A DNA stretch of 31,039 nucleotides from Paramecium tetraurelia (Eukaryota), in NCBI GenBank assembly GCA_000165425.1, contig CT867988.1:279370-310408 (forward strand), given 5' to 3'. Of the stretch, positions 1 to 14,322 are shown one piece after another (the stretch's first letter is position 1; every line of letters begins with the position of its first letter). The position numbers and the translations under genes are program-made. The notes beneath the pieces were generated by a model. That model saw only the letters and a program-made list of their open reading frames with translations. It ran no database searches and was not told where the DNA came from.

Positions 1-19
1 TAATATATATACATTAATT

Positions 20-1507
20 TCAATAAAAAGTGGTTTCATTTTTAAAATACGTAAAGTGTTAAAGTAATTTAGTTTAATTATAATTTTGTTTTTTTGGAAT
101 CCCATTAGAATAAATCTAGCATTTCAACTTTCTATACTTTGAAGGGAATTCAATAGACTAAATATTAGAACATAACTCACTCTTCCGTTGATGCCCTTAT
201 GAATCAAAGTTTTTAACCAATTTCATATATGCATTATATAATCGAGATACAGAAGAAGTGAATGTTTATCCACGAAACTAAATAGTGCTTTTGGAAAAGT
301 AGACTACTTTTTTAGTAGCCATCCTTTCCAACTGTTTTAAATCTTTCATTAAACAATGAACAATCACTATCTAAACTATTAAAGAGAATATAAAAAAGGT
401 TCCCAATATTTGTAACCAGGAATCAATTAATTGATTTTGAAACCCAATCTATTTATTATAAATGTCTTATTGCTATTTCAGATATTGACTTTCATCATAA
501 ACTACGAATAAAAAATAATTTAATTTAGTCAGTATTGTTCTCAAGACTATGATATTTTTCTAATAAACGCTATTGTACAAGTAAAAAATATCTTTACCCT
601 CTTTTATTAAGTTATTCCAGTCAGTTTCATTAAATCCTGTTAAACTTTAGTCGTACATTTTTATTAAAACTTTTACTCCATTAGCATAAAGATCACTGAT
701 AACAATATTGCCACTGCTATCCACTAAATAATATTATGAAGTATTGGTTTGAATCTTGGGCATTCTTGTAAAATCTAAGTCTTGTCCTATCAACCCTTCG
801 AATTGTTTATGAGTTAAATTTGTCGTCTATGAAATGAAAACTACATCTATCCATGAAACATACGGATCGCTAACTATTATTTACTTGCCTGTTCCCATCT
901 GAGCTATATGATCTCTATACCATTACCTAGTATGAGGGTAATAGTTTGAGAGTGCATATCCTTTGTTTTATGAAAAAAATTATTCCTCTCCGACATGAGC
1001 CATCAAAGTTAATAATTAAAGGTCATAAATTCTTAAGGTTTCTGTTAATAAAGATGTTAATTTCAGTATGTTCTAATATTTACTAATATTTAAGCCATTT
1101 GTCAAATTGCAAAAAGCATAGCAAAAAGAAAAAAGGTATGCATATGAATCATTGAATTATTAATTATTTAAGCAATCATAAGGCATTTCAATCTGGAAAT
1201 CCTTATCGATTATCTAATATAACTAATTAATAGATAAAAGCTATCTTGTACTATCCTAAAAAACGTCAAGAGTTGAAGATTTTTCAAGGTAACTCAACAT
1301 ATTCAAATGATTCTGAGTTTCTTTCTAAAATATTTCTTAAGTAATAGCCATTAACTACTCTGTAACAATGTACATATAGATTAAATTGCTAACTAAAAAA
1401 ATTATCACACTTAAAAGTGTAATAATTAAGTGGAAACAACAAATCTAGTTGCTAATCCTCCAATTTCTACATAAAAAGTTTCGATAAATCTATTTTTTCT
1501 ATATCAT
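20..1507 (-). CDS. Two-TM membrane protein with extracellular dCache-like sensor domain and HAMP-like juxtamembrane segment (495 aa, intronless)
   Basis: Code-6 frame open from ATG 1507 to TGA 20-22 (1488 nt). TM1 is ICCFHLIITLLSVIIFLVSNLIYMYIV. Cache-like motifs are NYYPHTRQWY..SDPYVSW..GLIGQDLDF..YLVDSSGNIV. TM2 is WLQILGTFFIFSLIVQIVIVHCL. Confidence 0.85.
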
Positions 1508-2415
1508 ATATTTTCCACTTAATAATAAAGAAAATTATTTTTTTTAAAAAGATAAGGATTTAATTGCTGATTAAATACTCAGATATTCATTATATAATGA
1601 TATTTTTATCACCACTCTTTTATATATTAAAATTTGTTTTAAGTGCAATTTAGAGGTGAACTTTTAAATTACAAGATAAAATATTATCTTAAATATATAT
1701 AAAGTGTTTTAAATATTATTATGAGAATCTAATAAATTCAAATAATGATGAGTATCTAAATATAATAAAGTCATTTGTCAAAATAATATTTATCTATGAT
1801 ATTTAATTAGAAAGTATCATATGCCTTTAGAACATCTCTTCTCAAGCATTGATGGATTTTAAAATAATAATTTATAATTAATTCTCAATAAAAATCAAAA
1901 ATAATATTTATTTTCATTAAAATATTTTCTATAGAGCCATAATATTACAAACTATTACCTTATCGATCACATAAATCGAATTTGTGATATGTTATAAAAA
2001 ATATAATTTTGTTCTTTAAATTCAATTTTGACAATGCAAACTTCTGTAAAAGCATGAACATTATGTGTTTAAAATTAACAAATAATAATATGCACAATTA
2101 AAAAGGTAAATAATAATTTTGGAAATTTCATTACCTTACTTGATTTGATAAAAAGAGATTAGATCAATTAATAATATAAAAAAGGACATTTGCTATAATT
2201 ATTTTCTTCGAAGCTTAATTATCAAAATTTATAATAGAGTTATAAGTATTTTTATTTTCTTATTGAAATCTATTCAATAATAATGGATATATTAAGAGTC
2301 AAAATTACAGAATTAACATAAACTTAATATAATCTACAATATAGATGCTATAACTATTAGTTATGGTTAATATAAAATGGAATCAGGTAATTATTATAAA
2401 TTATAATTTGAATAA

Positions 2416-3804
<1,389 letters not shown>

Positions 3805-3914
3805 GAATTGATTATAAATATTTAACTATAATTTACTTATCTCTACAGACCTTAATAGTATTTCTAATAGAATTTGAATTGCTTAATTTGTAATCAATAA
3901 TTAATACATAATAA

Positions 3915-5250
3915 TCAAATTTATAATTAATATAACTCAATAAACAGATTTTTGTCACATTTACAAATGTATTTGGTGTTTGCCTCCTGTAATGCTACGT
4001 ATATTGGATTGACTAATTTATTATAGAATTATTACATAAATGTTCATTGTCTGTGTTTGTAAACAAACAAATCCAGAGCTTATTTGTCATCTTAAAATTG
4101 AATAATTGTTATAAGATCTTTAATAAATTTTGCCTAGATAAATCTACAATATGAACTAATGTATTTTAAGCAATCTTATCTCTTAATTCATCAGCTAAAT
4201 AATCAAATATCAAAACAGGTTATTAAGGATTATAAATTTATTTACTGAATATTTATTTAATTTTTTATACTTAAGGGTGATTTACATCTTAGATTTCCCA
4301 TTTCTCTGTTATTAGAATATGTTAGTTAATCATGTCCTAAACTTCATAAGGGGATATTTAAATCAACTCTAATAAGGGCTGTTTTTCCTATTCCAAAAAT
4401 ATTGGTTTGGCATGGTGATTAAATAGATTTAAGGAGTCCAAGTAAATCCAAAATTGTTTTGGCGTATATGTATGAATTTTTATTGCAATTCTAATAATAT
4501 CATAATAGATTTTTTCGTCATCCAAAAATATCTTACACATAAAATATGGTAAATTGTCTCCTTTATTGTTTAAAATTTCTTGTTTTTTATATATTACTAT
4601 TGCGATGTTAAAACTAAAAATGAAATATCTATCATTTATCAGAATTGTGTTTTCTATTATCATTTAAGCTATTGGAAAGGAAGCCTTATTAATGCCTAAA
4701 GTAATAAACCATGGTATGGCATATAATTAAGGGGATATGTCATGTAAAGTTAGTCTATTGTACAGTTCCATATCATGATATTTCAATAATAAATTGTAAA
4801 CTGATAAAATTGATTAGATTCCTGAATAATCATCATCAAAAAAATTAGTCATATATCTTCTAATAAATTCATTGAACATAGAATAGACAACCGATACATC
4901 TAAACCTGCTTTGATAAATATTATAAATGGGGCTGCTATTTCATGCAATCCTTATTTGTAAGTTATATGATTTGAAACCACATAATATGTAAGTAGCTAT
5001 TCAAGTTGAGTTTTCAGATTTTAATCAAGCAAGTTTCCTCTAGTCCTTATAACATCAAATCTGATAATATTTTATTATACTTTATTACTCTTTAATTTTA
5101 TTAATTCAATTAAACACTTTAGATAGGATGATTAATCTTTAAATCAATGTCCATCAATTGAGGCCACATTAGAGCTCTAGTATAAAGGAAATTGGCCTTT
5201 GATATTATTTCAGAATTAGTCTTTTTAGAATTATCACTTTGAGATCTCAT
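3915..5250 (-). CDS. TBC-domain Rab GTPase-activating protein (~428 aa, 2 introns of 26 and 23 nt)
   Basis: IRFDVIRT (IxxDxxR arginine finger), YKQGLHEIAAPF (YxQ glutamine finger) and YAIPWFITL. Spliced length of 1287 nt is a multiple of 3. Contains the track ORF 4388..4663. Confidence 0.85.
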
Positions 5251-5473
5251 TAAAAATTTACTTTATTAATTTATAAACTCAAAGTTAATAAATTATAATT
5301 CTAATATTATTTTCTTTATTATTATAAATTGTTTAAATAACATAGAGCATAGAGAAGAGCATTTTGCGAAATAATGAATTATTATTAATTAAATGCAAAC
5401 TTAAATCGAAAATTATTGATTCAATCATTAAAACTATTTTTTTTATGACTATGAAATCAATTGAAATATTTAA

Positions 5474-6085
5474 TCATATTCTTGTTTATCTTTTTCTTAT
5501 AAAATTTCTCCTTATTTCGTTATCAACAAACATATAATGATTTCTAGCAGATATTTAATGAGAATAAACGAAACTCTTTTCCTCCTTAATATCCTTAGTT
5601 GCAAAATCTATATACTCATTAAGGTTCTTAAAGTGATGTTTAATTAAAGTTTTCCAATTTGTATTTGTTATATGATTTTTTTATTCTAAATTTTCTAGCA
5701 ACAAAGCAAACTTTGATTCTTATTCTTATAATCTATTTTTTTCTTTAGAAAACGAATCTTGAATTTATTAAAATGTTTTTAGAACTCCTTCTTCAAGTGT
5801 ACTAATATCAGATATCAAACTATTTAGCCTGCTATTTTTAGTTTATTTTTTCACTAAGACACTTTTAGAGCATTAATATTGATGCTGCTTTGAAAGACTT
5901 GGAGAGCGAAATTAATTTAAATAGAATTCATGCTCCAATGGTGGCAATTTTACTTAGGCTTGTATTTGATCCACGAATAATTAAACATCTTGTTTTGATT
6001 TAAATGTCGTTGTTTATTTAGAAGGCGTGCCTTTTTTTTATCTTTTATGATTAAAGCAAATTTCGGCATATGTGTCATCAAGCAT
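5474..6085 (-). CDS. Hypothetical protein (203 aa), partly coiled-coil
   Basis: Uninterrupted code-6 frame MLDDTYAEICF...RKRQTRI-TGA, 612 nt; no recognisable motif. Confidence 0.7.
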
Positions 6086-6690
6086 TTTAGTAATTAACAA
6101 TATTTTTATAACTATTCATTTTATCTAATTATTTAGGAATACAATAATTAAATAAAAATTTAAGAAAATGACAGGTTTTATTGTTAGCCTTCTTATTAAA
6201 TTCTTCTTAACATACTCTAAAATATAAGAGTTAATGTTATGTAATTTTAGAGGTGACAGTTATTTACCTTAATAAGATGTATTCAATATATATTTAGTAT
6301 TCCAATTAAAATGTAATTTAATAATCCTTAAAACTCATAAAGAAGTTATTGATAATTTTATTACAAATCCATATTTTTAAATTAATCTGCTTAACTCACC
6401 ATTATAAAACCCTTAAGATAATTAGAGGGTTTTGATATTAGTTATTGTTAAAATCGTTTTCTATCTACCTTTCTATCTCTCTTATTAAAAAATTTTAATA
6501 TATTTTTTTTTCCTTTTAAAGTTATTTTTATTGAAAATAATTTATTAATCAAAGAATTAAATTTATTTAGATTTTTTAGTATGCAATTTTTCAATCTATT
6601 TGGATTGATTCTTTAATTTTTTAATTTAAATATCAATACTTATGTAATAAAATCAATTCATTTTAATCAAAATATAAACAAAATTTAATT

Positions 6691-8194
6691 TCATTTTAAT
6701 TATTAAAAATAAGGCCATAATTTTTATTATAAATTTATTTTATTTCTAGAGACTGTTTTGTCACTAGGCAATGATTTAATTCTTGTTTAATGGCATATTA
6801 ATGAATCATACTTCATTATTTTTAGCTAATAAAAAACAAATTGAGTTTATTTATTATTCTGTTAAATTTATGTAGGCAATTAATCTAAAACTTTGGTTTG
6901 AAGCAACTATTAATTAGGTCTGGCATTATCAACACTTCTTTTTTAAGCAAGGAAATTTAAATTAAGTTCATTTAAACTTTTTTAAACTATTTAAGGTTAT
7001 TTTTATTCAAAAATATTTTTTGTATTTTTATTTTTTCCATAACTTATTATGTAACTACAGATTGAGATGCTTTTCTTTTAAAAAAACTGTAATTTTATTC
7101 ATGAGTAAGGCATTAGTTGTTTCCAGAATTGATTTTGTTTAGTTTACTAAATTATGTTGCATTAAATTAAACTTTAAATATTTTAGAAGAAGAAGATTCA
7201 CAAGAAGAATCAAATTAATCCTAATATATAGAGTATATTACTAATTTCTTATCCATGATCTTATGATATTTTAATAATTTATCTTTTGATGCATAATAAT
7301 TTTATTTATTCTGGTATTCAAGTTTTTGGTCTTAAGATTAAATTGGAGTTTCTCCTTCTTTGCAGTAAAAGATTAATTCTTCTCTCTAGACATGGCTCTA
7401 ATTTTGTGTAGGGACCTTCATACTATTGGTCACAATTAGTTTTGGATGTTTTATGAGTGATTTTGAGAATGGTTGGTAATTTTCCACTCCTACTTTTAAG
7501 ATGGCGATAGCGTTTTTTGTGGTTAGATCTTTATGTAAATTCTAATTAGATTTTATTTATACTATACTGCAATTTTAATTTGTTCACCTTCCTTTTCTTA
7601 GGACTGCTGCCTCTTTTGAATGTTGAAAGACTTAAATCGAAGGAACCAGATTGCAAAGGCTTTTTTTATTTTGAGCCAATAAATTCAAATTGACTAACTC
7701 TTCTAAATACATAACTTTTGACTGGAGTCTCAAAGACATTATGATTTATGGTTGAAATGGCATCAGTAGCAGAGTTCAAAAGAATTTCAGATACATTTTG
7801 GCCAGAATTTGTTACTAGTTATATTTTTTGACATCGCTAGATCATGCTTCCATCCATCGTAAATAGCATGTTTTGAACTAATTATCTCTAATAATCTATT
7901 TATTTCTCCCTCCTTCCACCCCTTATAAGAACTGCAAACTGTTATCCATTCTATACTCAACTAAATCACAGTAACATATTAGCACTTTTAATTTATAATT
8001 TCTGAATATTTTTAAATTTCATTCAAATTTACAATCATCAAAAAGACTCTACTGCTTTCTAGTAGCAATCATACAGACCTTTCTTCAGTGATATTTATTA
8101 CTGTCAAACAAATGTTGGTCTTGGTTGAGTTATGAATTTGGGAACTAAAATGGATATAAAACACTCAATACTTAATCTATCGAGCCAAGCTCAT
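6691..8194 (-). pseudogene. Probable degraded gene (hypothetical protein)
   Basis: Coding-like segments (WITVCSSYKGWKEGEINRLLEII; NSGQNVSEILLNSATDAISTINHNVFETPVK) lie in different frames with in-frame TGAs. Intron-like GTA..TAG elements are present, but I could not build a stop-free model. Boundaries approximate. Confidence 0.5.
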
Positions 8195-8233
8195 AATATA
8201 TATAAATGTGTAAAAGATTATAAAGGTATAAAA

Positions 8234-8540
8234 ATAAAAAAGTATTTTATTAAATGATAACAAATAGTAGTTCAAAACGAAAGATGAAATTGGTTTAAAC
8301 TATATGAAAATTCTCAGATTTAGATGATCTTCTTGGAGACGATCGAAACTAAGAAGTATTTGGTATATTTCGATTCTAATTAAGTTTTGTTAATTGTCTA
8401 TTTTATTGATGATATGAGAGTAAGGAATTTGATGGCAACTCAAACGACTTTGAACACCAAGTTTGACAACATCTAGAGTCTGAAAATTTCAATTTCTACT
8501 GTTGTAGATTCAAGTTGCTCCTTTTTTCTCCGGTCTCCTT
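8234..8540 (+). pseudogene. Short coding-like remnant
   Basis: MITNSSSKRKMKLVQTI*KFSDLDDLLGDDRNQEVF followed by an intron-like gtatat..aag and further in-frame TGAs. Confidence 0.3.
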
Positions 8541-8713
8541 TAAATTCATTTTTAACATTAAATTTATATACATAAAAATAGCTATAAATTTAGAATCTAT
8601 CATAGATTGTAATTTAATTCTATATTACACTTTTGAATTCGATATCAAATATTTTGTTGTATGAAAATCTTTGGTAATATTAGCAATATTCAGAGTATTA
8701 TTTATAATTAATT

Positions 8714-9047
8714 ATGAGTGTAATTAAAGGAATTGCAAGGGCCAATTTGAAATTAGTAGAGCTAGTTCAAACAGGATATATCATTCATGGAAAAAGTGTA
8801 GAGGAAAGGATGATGAATTTTGATAGAATCATTTCTGAACACAGTAATAATGAGATTTATTGGATTAGATAGAAAACATGATAAATAATGGTTATTTTAC
8901 GACACAAGATTATATGAAATTCCTAGACCATCTAGATACAAAGATCTATATGCAAGAGAATTAAAAAGAAGGAATGATAGAAGAACAATAGCATTCCTTT
9001 GTAAACATGTTATGGCTGAAAAGAATGTTAAAATACCTATGAAATGA
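8714..9047 (+). CDS. Probable mitochondrial small-subunit ribosomal protein bS21m (102 aa, one 25-nt intron)
   Basis: MSVIKGIARANLKLVELVQTGYIIHGKSVEERMMNFDRIISEHNRKHDKQWLFYDTRLYEIPRPSRYKDLYARELKRRNDRRTIAFLCKHVMAEKNVKIPMK. It fits the bS21 pattern G-x-VE..RI..R-x-YE-x-P-x(3)-R..I-x-FL. Family call is by eye. Confidence 0.6.
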
Positions 9048-9075
9048 GTCGATATATAAATATAATAAATATATA

Positions 9076-9701
9076 ATGTAAAATTAAGACAGTTTATTCT
9101 TTTAGAGTCAACTCTATGTGGCAGAATTGTGTGAGCCCATAAGTTTAATAGAATTTGTATTGGAAGATGTAAAACCAAAACAAGAAAAAGAGCAAAGATT
9201 ATCACCAGTCATTTAAGTTTCAGATCGAAATGAAAAAATGAAAACTCAAAATGAAAAGAGTATAGACTTGTTGAAATAATATAGATAGTCAATCCATCCA
9301 AATCTAATGTGCCTCATACATAATAAAGTAGAAAGAGTAATTCAGATACTACTTGTAAAGGGAAAAACTGGATTATTAAGAAATTAAATGAAGAAACCTA
9401 ACCTAAGAAAGTCGTAACTTGTTTACCTAATTTGCCTAAACCTATCTAGAATTAAGGAAAGCTATTCTCCAACACTGCTTCAAGACAGATGAAACAGAGA
9501 CTCAACAAATTTATAGTGGATCAGAATAAGAATCAATTCCTACTCCAGAATGATATTTTATAAGGATAAAACTCTTCATTGCCTCATTTAAGTAATAATG
9601 TTTAAGTAATTATATTAGTTAGATTAAAATCAGATTCTCCAAAATAACTCCCGATTTATGATGTTAATTTTTTGTAGAACTTTTAATAATTTTTTTCTTG
9701 A
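9076..9701 (+). CDS. Hypothetical protein (~189 aa, introns of 29 and 27 nt)
   Basis: Spliced code-6 frame of 570 nt, MQNQDSLFFQSQLYVAELCEP...NFQQFFS-TGA. Confidence 0.6.
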
Positions 9702-9941
9702 TACTGAGTATTTATAAACATGGTCATATATGTTGTGTATTTTATATTAGTATATTAATAATCAAACAATCACAATTAAAAATTATACTTTTCATGTTCT
9801 TCAATTAGTCTAATTACGAGCATAGATTATAAATGAAATAATAATTAATGTGAAAATATTAATTATAAGTTAAATATTATTATCAAATCAATGACGATTA
9901 GGAAGATTAATCTTAAGATAATATTAAGATAATACCAGTAT

Positions 9942-11450
<1,509 letters not shown>

Positions 11451-11468
11451 TTTATTAATAAATTTAAT

Positions 11469-12500
11469 ATGTTAAACAATTTAATAACTATAATAGCAGA
11501 ATGCTAAATCAACTCAGAATAGATTAAACAACTGTTCGTTGATCCTCATTTGGCATTCCAAATGTTATCCTCCAATGGGCATGATATCGATCAATCCGAG
11601 ATCAAGCGATTCATATCTCTGAATGACGAGGAAATCAAACATCAAATCATTTAATTCAATTCAAATTCTGAAGCAAATTTAAATATGTTGAGTATCCTTA
11701 ATTTTACTAAGCAGTTTCTTAATTTTTTGAAGCTGAATAACAACCACATGTCAGAGAAGTCCTTATCAAACTCTTGCAATAGGAGGCTATTAATTTTAAG
11801 CAAATTCTTTGTGTTTTCCATAGAATATAGTAAAATTTAAATACTCAAAGAAGACAGCAGTTACAATCCCACTGAATTATTTAATTAGATTGATTAGTTT
11901 GGCAAAGGCTACATACACACAGAACATTAAAAAAATGCACAAATTTATCTAACTACTACATCTCAGCTTTCTTTAGATTTCTTGACAGAGATAATGATGG
12001 GAGAATTTCAGAAACCGATTTTTTATCAGTCTTAAAATCCTCACGGAAATAACCATTTGGAGTATAATACAAAGATTTGAGATAAAGTCAAGAAAAAGAA
12101 AAATAAATAATCTAATAATGTTAGTAGATCTAATTAAATATATAAATGAGTGAGGAGAAAAATAGCAACAAATAATTAAATAAGTCTAACAACTATTATG
12201 GAGTTGATAAAACCTCGATCGCTCTAAAGCATAAAACTCATATTCCTCCCTACTTAAGGTAAGATAACAATTACTCAAAATCGACTATATCAGAAGAAAT
12301 TCTCATCGGGAGACTTTTGAAAGACTTCTCAAATATCAACATCAATTTAATAAAAATATCAAAGAGAAAAACGAAGAAACTACACAAAAATATAAGAATC
12401 TTAATAGTCTTCACAATTAAGTATATACTATGAGAACATACCAAGATTTAAGTCTTAAGAGGTGAAGAGAGCATAGTATTCATAGCTAATCTTAATTATG
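11469..12500 (+). pseudogene. EF-hand protein, frameshifted (pseudogene or sequence error)
   Basis: Frame from ATG 11469 gives ELFNQIDQFGKGYIHTE. The canonical EF-hand FFRFLDRDNDGRISETDFLSVL is in a different frame after an A-run at ~11930, and the 3' end shows another apparent shift and TGAs. Confidence 0.6.
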
Positions 12501-12839
12501 ATCATTTTCTTTGGACTATTTACATATGTATCTTAATCTTACTTAACCTTCCATTTTCGTATTTTTTAGATTCCTTCTATTTAAATATACTTAATTATAA
12601 AATATTTAAAATAATAATATTTCTTTCTCTTTCTTAAGAAAAGATTAAACAGTACTAAATACTTTAAGAAGCACATTTTTTAATAAATAAATTTAGTTAA
12701 CTATAAATATCTAGATACTCTATACATAATATTATATAATTTATTGATCAATCAATGAGAGTTAGAACATATTTTTATAAAATTTAGCAAATCATATTAT
12801 GAATAAATATTTATAGCAACAGAATTATATATTTATAAA

Positions 12840-13760
12840 TCAGAATTCCTATTCTGGTTTAAGCAAATCTGATTTAAACTGTTCTGAATGCACAATAGTA
12901 CCTTTTTCGGATTGACTTAGAAATCCTTTAAAAGTATGTTATGGTGCTTCATTTTTTATTTCTGGTTTTAGTTCACCTGCTTCTTGAGATGAATCACTCG
13001 TTTAGGATGACGGTTAATGTAATTTTTTATTTTATTGCTCTATTTGTTTTGATTTATTATTTGATTTCGTTTAAATAACAGGAATTGATTAAATACCTTT
13101 ATCATAGCCTTAAATATTGCTCGTTTTATCTGTTAAATTTTATAATTTTTTTTATTTTAATTCATTTTCAAGCATAAAACTTTATTATTCCAGCGATATG
13201 CATTTAACTTTAAATTATTCATTTTCACTTTTTAATGTGGTATTTTAAACTTATACATTTTCTAATTTTTTTCTAAATTCTTCACTTTGAGCCATAACTT
13301 CATAGTATATCGATTTATATTCTTCCTTTTCATCTGTTAATTGTTTTACTTAATTTTCAAGTTTATTTATTTTAATTTTTAACTCCTCATTTTATAAAAA
13401 ATATGTATTTTGTTAAATCGCTTAACTTCGAGTAGAATCGTTAAAATCCTTTAATTTGATTTGCATTTCTTAATTCATTTCTCTCAATTCTTCAGAGGTT
13501 TTTATTAATTCTTTATGTTTTTAATAAAATTCTAATATAAGACGCATGTCTTTTAGTTAGAAAACCCATAATTTATTACTGTTTTGAATATTATTTTCAT
13601 GAACTCGATAGCCTTAAATATAATCATATATTCCCCACTCACCATTTCCTTTCTTACTTAAATGATCCAAAACCACTTCCATAGTTTTGGTTACTCTAAC
13701 TTAATTATCAAACAGAAAACAAAGGACAATTTCTTCCGGACTCCCATGTTATTAAAGCAT
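12840..13760 (-). CDS. Coiled-coil hypothetical protein (~300 aa)
   Basis: Open code-6 frame MLQQHGSPEEIVLCFLFDNQ...LKPEQEF-TGA, 921 nt, with heptad-rich NEELKIKINKLENQVKQLTDEKEEY. A possible 30-nt in-frame intron lies near 13552-13581. Confidence 0.75.
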
Positions 13761-14322
13761 TTATTTTAAAAATGATTTATGATCATTAATTTTTATTTAA
13801 ATTAAAAACACACAAAATATCTTCTATTATTTATATAAAACTATATTATACAAGTAAATTGATTATATAAATATTGCTGTGAAAAATATAAGTGTAATTT
13901 TGTTAATTAATGTTAAATAAGATAATCACACGAGCCTTCCGTATTTTAAATCAAAACTAGTATTGAATGTAGTTTAATAGATTTCCAATAAAGTAGCATA
14001 TGTTCCATCAATGGTTAAATCAGCAATTCTCAAGAAAATGCAGATAATGTGCATGAAATAAACGAATTATTAAATTCATATAGGTATTATAAGACAAACT
14101 AAATAACATTCTATAATTTACATATATGGTTTAAGTAAACTTATTATATCCCCCCATTTTGATAAAACTAATGACATAAACAAAATGAGTTGCCATAACC
14201 AAAAACAATAGATAATAAGCATTTAATACCCAAGTCATCTCCTTCCCACTTTATAAGTACTTAGCAACCAATAAAGAACTTAATATTCAAGATCTTCATA
14301 CTAAATTTTAGAAATATTTTTA

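Noticed and set aside
6406..6433. Inverted repeat AAAACCCT..AGGGTTTT resembling a telomeric seed or hairpin
   Set aside because: Only an 8-bp stem with single repeat units; expected by chance in AT-rich DNA and no tandem C4A2/C3A3 array.
6168..6534. Code-6 ORF of about 120 codons on the plus strand
   Set aside because: Very AT-rich with no motif; ORFs of this length arise easily when TGA is the only stop.
8897..9205. 102-aa minus-strand track ORF (also 16832..17071, 23142..23348, 23635..23919, 17277..17525)
   Set aside because: Antisense or off-frame shadows of better-supported code-6 genes.
13930..14299. Hydrophobic minus-strand frame MKILNIKFFIGCQVLIKWEEMTWVLNAYYLLFLVMATHF
   Set aside because: No stop-free spliced model and no recognisable family; at most a gene remnant.
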